A stretch of 64,000 nt of DNA. Source: the human T2T-CHM13v2.0 reference genome, Homo sapiens. The translations under genes were made by a program, and so were the position numbers. Positions 12,271 to 27,889 of this stretch are shown one piece after another. Below the pieces are notes generated by a model, which saw only the letters and a program-made list of their open reading frames with translations, was not told the origin of the DNA and did no database searches. Positions within the stretch are counted from its first letter, which is position 1. Each line of letters opens with the position of its first letter. The stretch is from NCBI RefSeq assembly GCF_009914755.1, contig NC_060931.1; one strand, given 5' to 3'.

Positions 12271-14325
12271 CTTTGTCATGAAATCTTTGCCAAGGTGTAC
12301 GTCCAAAATGGTATTTCCTAGGTTTTCTTTTAGAGTTTTTACAGTTTCAGGATTTGCATTTGTCTCCTTTTATCTTGAGTTGATTTTTATATGTAGTGAA
12401 AGGAAGGGGTCGAGTTTCCATCTTCTGCATATGGCTAGCCAGTTATTCTTGCACCATTCATTGATAGGAGTACTTTCCCCATTGCTTGTTATTGTCAACT
12501 TTGTAGAGGAGCAGATGTGATCTTCTCATGCAACTGTAGGTGTGTGGCTTTATTTCTGATCCCCTAACCTATTCCATGAGCGATTGCAACAAAAACAAAA
12601 ATTGACAAGAGGGACACTTGCATGGGGCCTGTAACCCCTTTGTTTTGGCCAATTTCTCCATTTCTCCCATTTGGAATGGGAGCATTTATCCAATGCCTGT
12701 ACCCCCATTGTATCTTGGAAGTAACTAACTGACTTTTGATTTTACAGGCTTACAGGCAAAGGGACTTGTCTCAGACGAGACTTTGAACTTGAACTTTTGA
12801 GTTAATGCTGAAATGAGTTAAGATTTTGGGGAACTATTGGGAAGGCATGATTGGTTTTGAAATGTAAAAAGAACACGTGATTTGGGAGCAACCAGGGGTA
12901 TAATGATATGGTTTGGCTCTGTGTCTCCACCCAAATCTCATCTGGAAGTGTAATCCCCATAATCTCCACATGTTGAGGGAGGGACCTGGTGGGAGATGAT
13001 TGGATTATGGGAGCAGTTTCCCCCATGCTGTTCTCATAATAGTAAGTGAGTTCTCATGAGATCTGATGGCTTTATAAGTTTTTGACTGTTCGTCCTTCAC
13101 ATGCGCTCTCTCTCTCTATCTCATGATGCCTTGTGAGGAAGGCGCCTACTTCCTCTTTGGCCATAATTATAAGTTTCCTGAGGCCTCCCTAGGCATATGG
13201 AGCTGTGAATCAATTAAACCTCCTTTGTTTATAAATTACCCAGTCTCCAGTAGTATCTTTATAACAGTGTGAAAACAGACTAACACATACCTAATTAAAG
13301 AGCTTCTACAGAGCAAAAAATAAAAATAAATAAATAAAAGTAAAAACAACCAAAAATTATCAATGTAGTAAACAGACAAGCTATAAAATGGGAGAAAATA
13401 TTTGCAAACTATGCGTCTGACAAAGATCTAATATCCAGAATCTATAAGGAACTTAAAGCAATAAGCAAAACACTATTCCATTAAAAAATGGGCAAAGGAC
13501 ACGAACAGAAACGTCTCAAAGGAAGACATACACATGGCCAACAAGCACATGAAAAAATGCTCAACATCACTAATCATTGGAAAAATGCAAGTCAAAACCA
13601 CCATCTCATACCAGTCAGAATGGCTCTTATTAAAATGTCAAATAATAACAGACATTGGTGAGGCTGCAGAGAAAAGGAAACATTTATACACTGCCGGTGA
13701 GAATGTAAATTAGTTTAGCCACTGTGGAAAAAAGTTTAGAGATTTCGCAAGGAACTTAGAACTACCGTTTGACTCAGCAATTCCATTACTGGGCATATAT
13801 CTAAAGGAATACATATCATTCAACAATAAAGAAACATGCACACATATGTTCATTGCAGCACTTTTCACAATAGCTAAGACATGGAATCAACCTAGATGGC
13901 CATGAATTGTGGACTGGATTAAAAAATGTGGTACATATACACCATGGATATACAATGGAATACTATGCAGCCGTCAAAAAGAATGAAATCATCTCCTTAG
14001 CAGCAACATAGATGCAGCTGTAGGCCATTATCCTAAGCAAATTAATGCAGGAACAGAAGACCAAATATCACATGTTCTCACTTATAATTGGGAGCTAAAA
14101 ATTGAGTACATATGAACACAAAGAGGAGAACAATAGACATTGGGGGTTACTTGAGGGTGAAGGGAGCAAGGAGGATGAGGATCTAAAAACTACCTATCAG
14201 GTACTGTACTCACTACCTGGGTGATTAAATCATTTGTACACCAAACCCTAGCGACACACAATTTACCTTTGTAATAAACCTACACATGTACCCCCTGAAC
14301 CTAAAATAAAAGTTGGAAAAAAATT
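12271..14325 (+). mobile_element. 5'-inverted L1PA15/16-like element, interrupted by THE1
   Basis: Antisense ORF2 piece at 12271-12578, then sense pieces at 12579-12615 and 13288-14325, ending 'cacatgtaccccctgaacctaaaataaaagttggaaaa'. Confidence 0.9.
12616..13287 (+). mobile_element. THE1 (THE1D-like) 3' internal fragment (12616-12903) plus LTR (12904-13287)
   Basis: Internal 'acttgcatggggcctgtaacccctttgttttggccaatttctcc', a purine tract, then LTR 'tgatatggtttggctctgtgtc...gaaaacagactaacaca'. Confidence 0.92.
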
Positions 14326-14894
14326 GGAAAAAATTTTAAAATAAATTGTATTATCACCCCCAAAAAACATATAGCCAAAATGAAAGTAGTTTGAAAAAAT
14401 AGTATGTACAATTGATGAATCTATTTCCCTAATACCATCATTTTTCTCTGATCATCATACTTACATTTTATTCCAATCCAATATAGTTCTATCTGTCAGC
14501 ATATTATTGGTATGTAAAATCATGCACTAAATTTCATTAAAATATCAAGATTTTCAGATTTTCCTTCTTAAATTATATTCAAACATATAACCTAATGAGA
14601 CTCTGGGACTGCAGTCAACAATAACTTTGGTTGTAAAATATATACTTCATTGCTCATCGCTAAGAAAATTGCTGAGACAATGTATCACCTTATAAGTATA
14701 CACAACAATAACAACTGTGTCTATATCTGGTTTCCATGAATTGGTCATCCAAACAAAAGATCTGCCTGGATTGTTTTGTTTCTTAACATGTATACTTGAG
14801 GCCTTGAGCTTTCCAATTATGCCTAATGAGTTCCTAGAGTTATAAGGTACATGAGTGAATTGGTAAATAATCTAATTTAATAAGAACTTAAAAG

Positions 14895-15125
14895 CTATGT
14901 TTTGAAAGAATGGCTCGACGAGACACAGAAAGACTACATATTGTAGTATTATTCCATTCATTCGTAATGTCTAGTAAAGTCAAATTTAGAGAAACAGAAA
15001 GTAAATTAGTGATTGCCTGGAGCTGTGGGTGGGAACAGTAATTAACTGTAAACAGGCACAAGGATCTTTTTGGGGCCATGGAAATGTTCTAAAACTAGAT
15101 TGTGGTGAGGGTTCTATAACTTGGC
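14895..15125 (+). mobile_element. L1MB-type 3' UTR fragment
   Basis: 'gagaaacagaaagtaaattagtgattgcctggagctg...ggaaatgttctaaaactagattgtggtg'. Confidence 0.75.
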
Positions 15126-17284
15126 ATTATTTAGGAAGAATTTTGAAATATTTATGTGTGTGTGTGTGTGTGCACACACATAAAATAATGGCTTGATTAA
15201 AATGTTATTTCAATGATTGTTCAATTAAAGTTACTTAATTTACACTTATTATATAATCTGTCATTTTTCCACCCTAGAGGATGATAGAAACAAATTCTGG
15301 AACTTACTCTCCCTTTCCATTTTCCACATTGAGGAGGGGTGTACATGCCTTATCTTCCAATTTTAACCACTTAACTACAGAGCTCAGAAAATGATAGTGA
15401 CTCAAGTTTTTTCTGGAGAGAAATGAAAAATGTATGTAGGTACCTAAATCAGGCCTGCCTTAACGTAGCTCTACATCCCCCAGAAACTGTCATGGTGTTA
15501 ATATACATTGTATACTCTCCATAAATATCTGTTGAATGAATACATAGAGAACTGGGTGCATACATGGCTCTGAATTACAGTTGTTGAATCTATAGCAGAA
15601 TTTCTCATAAATGTGAGAAGTTATATTAAGTAATTCATAACCTGCTATTTGTTCTAATACATTATGGTGGTTTAAGATCAAGGCACAGAAAATATTTTCA
15701 AGTACATAATGTTTCATCTATACATTAAATGTTATAAGACATTATTTTCTTTCTCTTTCAAGAACTGAATATTCCCCTGGAGGTGAAGGGTAAAACTAGT
15801 TACAATATTACATCACTGACTAGAATACAATGGAAAACCATTTTACAACCGCAGAAAGAAAGGGCTATTGCATGTTCTAGTTTATTTTAAAACTATTTTG
15901 GAAAGACCCACTTCTGACTCAATTTTTGGCAGTAGACCTTGTTTAGGAACAAAATCAATAAAAGAGTGCATTAATGAATTAAATAAATACATTTTTGCAT
16001 ATAAAAGAAATTAATTCATTATAACCTGAGTTTGGCTTATGATAGTCAATTCTATTGAACTAAAATGATGTATTTAACTCAGTTGCAAAGTGCTAATTTC
16101 ATAGTCCCCTTCCTTCCCCCAAGGTGTTCCAGCATAGGTGTTATGGTTAATTAACTGCCATTTTTTCTCAATAATTCAGAATCTGCAATGAATCAAAAAA
16201 CTCTGTGTGAGTTACTTTAGAAAATGATAACACTCAGTTTATTATGTAGCATATTCCTCTACTTGTTTAATGATAGGAACAGTTACCACAGAATTTATTA
16301 TGCAAAACTATGAGACAATTGATTTTTCTCACCATATACCAACTTAATATCTATTAATGTTTACTCACATATACCCACATGTAAACATCCATATTCATGA
16401 CCACACCAAAAAGTTGCACATTATTATTTACTGAAATTGCAGTTTTAAGTCTAATTAACTAAAATTCCAGTATTATATCCAAAATAAGACCTGCTACTTT
16501 TGAACACAGAATTGTTTTTTATTGTCCTGTCTCAAAATAGGTATATAATGACAAAATTATGATTCAAATTCATACATGGCTACAGAATTGTAGTGAGTGA
16601 AGAATGCATCTTTTCCTTTTATGGAAGCTACCATAGAGAAAATGTAGGCGTCACCTCAAATTAGTAGTCTATGTCTCAGAGCTACTCAAACTCATACCTG
16701 TCTTTTAACTGAGATCACTAAAAACTGTACCTATCACAATGAATCCATTTGAAAATTTACTTCTGCAAGTAGATCCATAATCAGAAGATCAGTGCTCAGT
16801 TTATAAGCATGCTTTCTGGACAGACTGTTAGGAAACAGTTGGTAGTTGCTTTCTGTTCCTTTGGTCCTGTGGCAGAGGTAAAGTGTTCTTGTAACTAAAA
16901 TCCAGCCTCTTGTTCACAATTAAAGCCTGCCCTGGAGGCCAATGTGTATAGTTCATGCTGCCATAACTGCCATGTGTTTTTTCACCTTAGTAACTTACAT
17001 CAGTAGAGTTTCCACTGGGTGCTAAGTTTTAATTAAGAGGCTGATGATAAGGAGACTATGCCTTTACTTCTGGGACCAAGTCACCATGTGTCTGAACAGG
17101 GTTTTCTAGTGGCAGAGGCAATACAGCACTATAAGAAATTTGTGCCTCCTCTCTATCCCTGATCGATTGATATAACACCCAGGAAAGCACATCTCGCCCT
17201 GAATACAACTTTTTAACACACAGGCTTTTTAAGACCTTGAGGAATCATTTGTTAATGAATAATTCCCTAACATTTTGTTTGATA

Positions 17285-17425
17285 ATGTCTGCCTTCCCTA
17301 CTACCCTGGAAACTCCACCAGGAATAGGAGCCATTTTTTCTCTTTTGTTTCCCATAGGATACATAGTGCCTTTAGCATAGTGCTCAGTGAATGGTAGAAA
17401 ATTGATACTTATTTGTTGAAAAAAA
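17285..17425 (+). mobile_element. L2 3' end fragment
   Basis: 'cctttagcatagtgctcagtgaatggtag...cttatttgttgaa', a typical L2 terminus. Confidence 0.55.
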
Positions 17426-17577
17426 TTCATAAAATACATCTCTGTGAATAATCACTTACCTGACATTATTCAGTTACAAAAAGTCCCACTGGCTTGTTTG
17501 ATTATTGCTGTACGGATTTGACAGGATTTTTATTCTCAATAACATCCAGTATGCTTCAGAACATTCAAAATAATGTC

Positions 17578-17663
17578 TCTGTGAACTAAGATCATGCCAC
17601 TGCACTCAAGCCTGGGTAACAGAGTGGATCCTTGGGTCTTGCTAATAATAATAATGGTAATAA
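17578..17663 (+). mobile_element. Short Alu/FLAM 3' fragment with (TAA)n tail
   Basis: 'aagatcatgccactgcactcaagcctgggtaacagagtg'. Confidence 0.8.
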
Positions 17664-17772
17664 TGAACATCCCTAGTATAAAGACCTATTAAAAACAATC
17701 TATCTGTTTGACTCAATGTTAAAGAAGTTCTTCTTTCTGAGGTGGTAGAGGGTTATTAAAAACTAACTTTTT

Positions 17773-18117
<345 letters not shown>

Positions 18118-21100
18118 AAAAACTAACTTTTCTTCAATATTCTCCTTAGAACTGGGCTTTAAATGTATAAGACTTCAATTATCTAACCAACTGAAATTTC
18201 AGTGAGCTGTGTCTCAGTTTGTGCTTAGAATAAGCACCCCATGCCTGCAGCTTGTATGAGCCAGCCGTTCTTCGGTGGACCATGTTCACATGGGGTGGTG
18301 GTCCTGATTTCCTTCTCTGAGTGGCCCCTGGCTAAAATGGCAAAACTTATCACAAAGTGAGCATGGAGTCTAGGATGTGCATTGCCTTTCAGGATAAATC
18401 TCTCCCTGTCTCCCTGGCCCTTAGATTGGAGGATTGTTGTTCTGAGGATTTATTTAGCATTCGTGAAGGACTGACAAGGTCCCCAGCACTGAATAAAACA
18501 CAGGAGGCGACATGCTTCACTTTCCCACTGGGCTTAGAGTTGAGGTAATTACAGTTCTGGGTTTTGTGCATGTTTGGAATTTAAAACTGTTGCTTTGTCA
18601 GTGTGTTGATTTTATGGTCAGTCTCAAGAGTAAGTGGATTTCAAAAACATAGCCAGTTAAGAGGAGAATTGGCTGACTGTTAGATACAAGTATCTGGATA
18701 ATAGTAGTATCCGTCCCACAAGATGGTTCTGAAAGGAAGGTTATAATTGACTTAAGCCGTTTTCTGCTGCCTGTTCTTTTAAACATGTGGCTGGAAAGCC
18801 TCTTCTGGTCTCTTAGCTCAAATGCTCAAACATATTCTGTAACAGTCATGCAGCCTAGTGTAACACAAAGAAAGTATTGTACTTCATCACTTAGCTAGCT
18901 TTTCCTACAAGATCAAAAGTGAAAGCTATTTGCATTTGAATTGGAAATATGCAGTAAACATTTTCTTGATAGAACTTTTAAGATTTCTCTGTGTATTGTT
19001 AGGAAGGCAAAAAGTAAAATTGGATTGTATCTCCTTAAGGCAGTAAAAATGGAATGAGGAATTTTTTTTTTCTGAAAATGTCACAGGTTAATATCAAAGA
19101 GGCCATCAAACTGTTCGGTTTCATAAGGGAAAATACTTAGAGATGGGAAATAGGACTTAGGAACACAGTAAAATCTTATAAATTGATAGTCTGTGATACT
19201 TTCAACAAGGGCTTGCCTTAAGTTTAGCATAGAATGATTTATAAAGAGTTTGTAAATCAACTCATCAGGTAAAGACAATTACAATGGGAATTTGATTCCA
19301 AAATTTCTTAACTGTGTTAGAAATACTATTTTCATGACAGCAATTAATGTACAAAACCCAATCGTTCTTAACATGAATTTGATTAGACAAGGTTTTATTG
19401 TACAATACAAATTTATAGTAAATGAAAATAACAGAAACTAATTTTTTTCCTCGAAGTATTATATAACTATCCACTTACATCAGGGGTTTGCATTTTGTAT
19501 CTACCACACCCTCCCTTCCCTTTTTTATTTATGGGTCCCAGCCCCAGGCACAAAACAGAAAAAGGTGAGGGTCATCTACCTGGTTAACTGATTTAGTTCT
19601 TTTTTTTTTTTTTTCCTTTGTTACAGTGAGCCCAGTGCATCATATGCCATTGAGGAAAGCATAAATGAGCAGGAGTCATGAGGATATAGAACTGCTTCTT
19701 TCTATTGTCTCTCACATCAATTTAGGAGCAATTCTATGGGGAATCTACTTCTGGGGAAGAGTCCCAGGAGGTTGACCATGGCTGCTGGAGGTGGGGATCT
19801 GGTGGGAGAGAAACATTACATGGCTATGAAGATGAATATGAGGAACTTAAGGTCCAGGGAGCCCATCTAGGTACCTGGAAGTCCTTGACATGTATCACTA
19901 GCAGAGGCAGGAGAGTAGGGGTGGGCACAGCATCCTCTCAAAGAGACCACATGAATGGGCCTGGAGCTGGTGCTTGGAAAGAGGGAGGTTCATGGTGTTT
20001 GAAAAAGGAAGGACAGAATAAGCAAGGCACATTCAGAGATGTGAGAGGCCATCACAGACTCTAGACCTGAAAATGTGCCTCCCATCTCATCTTGGCCCAA
20101 GGGCCATGCCCATTCTGAACTAAGACAGGAGCAAAGTCGTGTAGTATCATTTGCTGGGTTGTGTTTGGGCACAAATAACATAGAGAACCAGAGGAAGCCG
20201 TGCCTTCCATAAGAACAGAGCAGCTCAAATCAGTAATATTTTTCTGCTGATGTGCAGAGGGAAACTTAGGGACAGGGGCTGGTTCAGAATGCTCTGTCCT
20301 GCTTAGGGAACAGTGTTATAGAATGGACTTGTTGAAGCTACTCGCTTAAAGGCTATGGAGATAATTGGAACATATGTACCTGAGAAGACATGGTACTCAC
20401 AGTTATGGCTGAGGGCCTGCTTAAGGACCCCGAGGTAATAACGGCAAGATTTTGCTCTTTGACTCTGGATGACCTCATTAACCGTCTACTGTAAATGCTG
20501 TAAATCCATCAGCGTCTGTAGGCATTGGTACCTGCTTACTTTCTGTTCTGGGTGTGAAACCCTTGATAATCGCTTTTGACAGTACTTATTTTCACTTCTT
20601 CATCTTGAGTTGAACCTTACTTTCAAGAAATTCCTGCTTTTCAAAGAAATTCTGAATCGCCGGGATCCTTCAAAGGTGAAAGGAGTTGCCAGAAAGGGGG
20701 AGAGAAACATGAAAGCGTCTTGACAGATTTTAAGGTACAACTTTAGTGTTTCTCAGGGACCTGCTTTTCATAGAGAGGACTAAGACTGTACAACACGACA
20801 GGAATATGAGATGGGCAAGTCTCAACCTGAAAGAGCAGAGATACAGATCCTCACTGAGTTCTGTTGTCATTACTAGTTATGATGACAGGCCATGAAGCCC
20901 CAATAGGCCTAAATGTTCAGATTCTATATATTGACTGCTACTAAAAATAGAGCAGGAAAACAAGCTTTGACAGTGCCTGAGAAGACCTTCTTTGATGTTA
21001 CAGGGGCATGAGACACATCCCCAACGGCAGTGCATTCTCTCCATTAAGTTACCAGGGTCCCATTGGCAGAGAACAAGAGCCCCGAGGAGTAACAGGACAT

Positions 21101-21564
21101 GTTCCACCATCCTCAGAAGTTGCCCCAGCCTGAGGCTGGAGAGGATGGATAACTAAGGTTGGTACAATATGTTTAGAAAACTCACTAAAATGGCTCAGAG
21201 GGTATTTTTGAGGGCTCTCTCTTCCCTCAGCATCTTTTTCTTCTTTTGCTTTATGAAGTATTCTAATAATTTCAATATGAACTTTCCCTTCTGATATTTA
21301 TTTTAGAATAAAGAATCTTTTAATAGGAGCTTTGTTCTTAAGAATTTGTCCGAAAGGATTTTTTTTAAAATGCTCATCACTGTAATGAACATCAAAATCT
21401 AAGATTCTCAGTCTTAAGATCAGAACTAGAGAGCTATATATGCAATGTAAAGTTATAGAGACTTTGGGTCTCAGACCAATAGCAATGGCTTGTTTCAAAT
21501 TCAAAATGGAAATACATTCCCAGAATCAGATACTTCATAAAGGGATATAAAAATAGAGTAGTGG

Positions 21565-21740
21565 AGAGGCCACATAGCACAGGGTTAAGGTCAAAGGCTC
21601 TGGAAAAAGAGAACCAAGATTTTAATTCCAGATTCAAAATTTAAAATTGTGGAATCTTGTTCAAATTAGTTAGCCATGCTGTGTCTCAGTTACTTTCTCT
21701 AAAATGAGGATAATAGTGGTATCTAACCACAAGGCTGAAA
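21565..21740 (+). mobile_element. MIR SINE
   Basis: Core 'ctgtgtctcagttactttctctaaaatgaggataatagt'. Confidence 0.7.
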
Positions 21741-23020
21741 ACATTATTTGACTTCTTCACTCTGGGTTTAAGTTCTGCTCTAAGAGCCTTGGGCTCTAGA
21801 CATAAATGAAGATTTTTACTTGTCATCTACAAGTCTATGTAAGAAGAGAAGGAATAAAATAAAACCCCAATTTAAGTGACAGCAATGCATATCCTATTAT
21901 ACTAGCTATCGAAGAAGTGCAAGAGGGTCTCCATTTTGGGGAAGATTATTTGGGCTGAACAAAAAGGGTCGAGTGTTTAATCTTCACGGTATTGTTTAGG
22001 TTTGCCATTTCCCTTTTGGAATGTCATGTTTTTGTCTATTACTTAAGGAAAAGGATTTTGCCAAACCCAGATCATTTGGAAAATAAAAGCAAGCTTCAGA
22101 AAAATATTAAGACAGAAGTTTCTCTATCTAGTTTCGAAAAGAACCACTTTTCACTTTTCATTTCTCAGAGGGCTGGGATAATGCATCTGGTGAGTGGCTG
22201 GTGAAGGAAAATGTAATGAAGTCCCAGAGACGGTGTAAAGGTAGGGGAGGGAGGAGACTTAAACGGAGAGGTTTGAAAAGAGGTGCCATATTTTTGAGAC
22301 TGGAAATCTTGGGAGAGCTCTCAGAAATTGGGGTGAAAATATGTGGGAAACGGCAGTGTCACTTGGCTTAGATAATCACCATTACAGTTCTCTCTATTGG
22401 ATGGACAGGTACTATATTGAAGCTGCGTTAAACAGAAGTCAAAAGACACAGCTATTTATCTTTTATATTCAGTCAAAACGAGTTATATGAATCAATGAGA
22501 TTTGAGAAACTTCTGCAGTGGGCAGGATGTCATAGAGATTTACCAGTGTGAGGTTTATTCTCTTACCTTTAATTTACTGTTCAGCTAATAGAATTAAATT
22601 CTCAGAGCCTCTGGGTGTAGAGAAAGGAAGGCAGGGGGGCGTTTATAATGTAGAACAGTGGTCCCCAACCTTTTTGGCACCAGGGATGAGTTTCATGGAA
22701 GACAGTTATTTTCAGAGACCCGGTTTTGGAGGTAGGGGGTGATGGTTTCAGGATGGTTCAAGTGCATTATGCTTATTGTGTACTTTATTATTATTACTAT
22801 TTTTTTCTTTTTTTAAATTATACTTTAAGTTCTGGGATACATGTGCAGAATGTGCAGGTTTGTTACATAGGTATACATATGCCATGGTGGTTTGCTGCGC
22901 CCATCAACCCGTGATCTACATTAGGTATTTCTCCTAATACTATCCTTCCTCTAGACCCCCAACCCCTGACAGGCCCTGGTGTGTGATGTTCCCCTTCCTG
23001 TGTCCATGTGTTCTCGTTGT

Positions 23021-26804
<3,784 letters not shown>

Positions 26805-26867
26805 TATGATGCTAGCTGGTTATTTTGCCCATTAGTTCATGCGTTTTCTTCATAGTGTCGATGGTCT

Positions 26868-27889
26868 TTACAATTTGGTATGTTTTTGCAGTGGCTGGTA
26901 CCAGTTTTTCCATACCATATTTAGTGCTTCCTTCAGGGGCTCTTGTAAGACAGGCCTGGTGGTGATAAAACCTCTCAGCATTTGCTTATCTGTAAAGGAT
27001 TTCATTTCTCCTTCACTTATGAAGCTTAGTTTGGTAGATATGAAATTCTGGGTTGAAAATTCTTTTAAGTTTGTTGAATATTGGCCCCCACTGTCTTCTG
27101 GCTTGTAGGGTTTCTGCAGAGAGATCTGCTGTTAGTCTGATGAGCTTCCCTTTGTGGGTAACCCGACCTTTCTCTCTGGCTCCCCTTAACATTTTTCCCT
27201 TCATTTCCACCTTGGTGAATCTGACAGTTATATGTCTTGGGGGTTGCTCTTCTCGAGGAGTATCTTTGTGGTATTTTCTGTATTTCCTGAATTTGAATGT
27301 TGGCCTGCCTTACTAGGTTGGGGAAGTTCTCCTGGATAATATCCTGAATAGTGTTTTCCAACTTGGTTCCATTCTCCCTGTCACTTTCAGGTATACCAAT
27401 CAAATACAGGTTTGGTCTTTTCACATAGTCCCATGTTTCTTGGAGGGTTTGTTCATTCCTTTTCATTCTTTTTTCTCTAATTTTGTCTTCATGCTTTCTT
27501 TTATTGAGTTCACCTTCAATCTCTGATATCCTTTTTTCCACTTGATCGATTCAGCTATTGATACTTGTGTATCCTTCATGAAGTTCTCATGCTCTGCATT
27601 TCAGTTCCATCAGGTCATTTGTGTTCTTCTCAAAACTGGTTATTCTAGTTAGCAATTCCACTAACCTTTTATCAAGGTTCTTAGCTTCCTTGCATTGGGT
27701 TAGAACATGCTCCTTTAGCTCAGAGGAGTTTGTTATTACCCACCTTCTGAAGCCTACTTCTGCCAGTTCGTCAAACTCATTCTCCATCCAGCTTTGGTCC
27801 CTTGCTGGTGAGGAATTATGATCCTTTGGAGAAGAAGAGGTGTTCTGGTTTTTGGAATTTTCAGCTTTTTTGCGTTCTTTTTTTCTCAT
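26868..27889 (-). pseudogene. L1 ORF1 (RNA-binding protein), frameshifted
   Basis: MRKKERKKAENSKNQ start at 27889. Pieces WDYVKRPNL..IIQENFPNL (27065-27541) and IRLTADLSAETLQARR (27013-27210). Stop at 26868-26870. Confidence 0.95.

Noticed and set aside
19720-20340. Possible old LTR remnant (G-rich block)
   Set aside because: I could not match termini or any consensus by eye; it needs a Dfam search.
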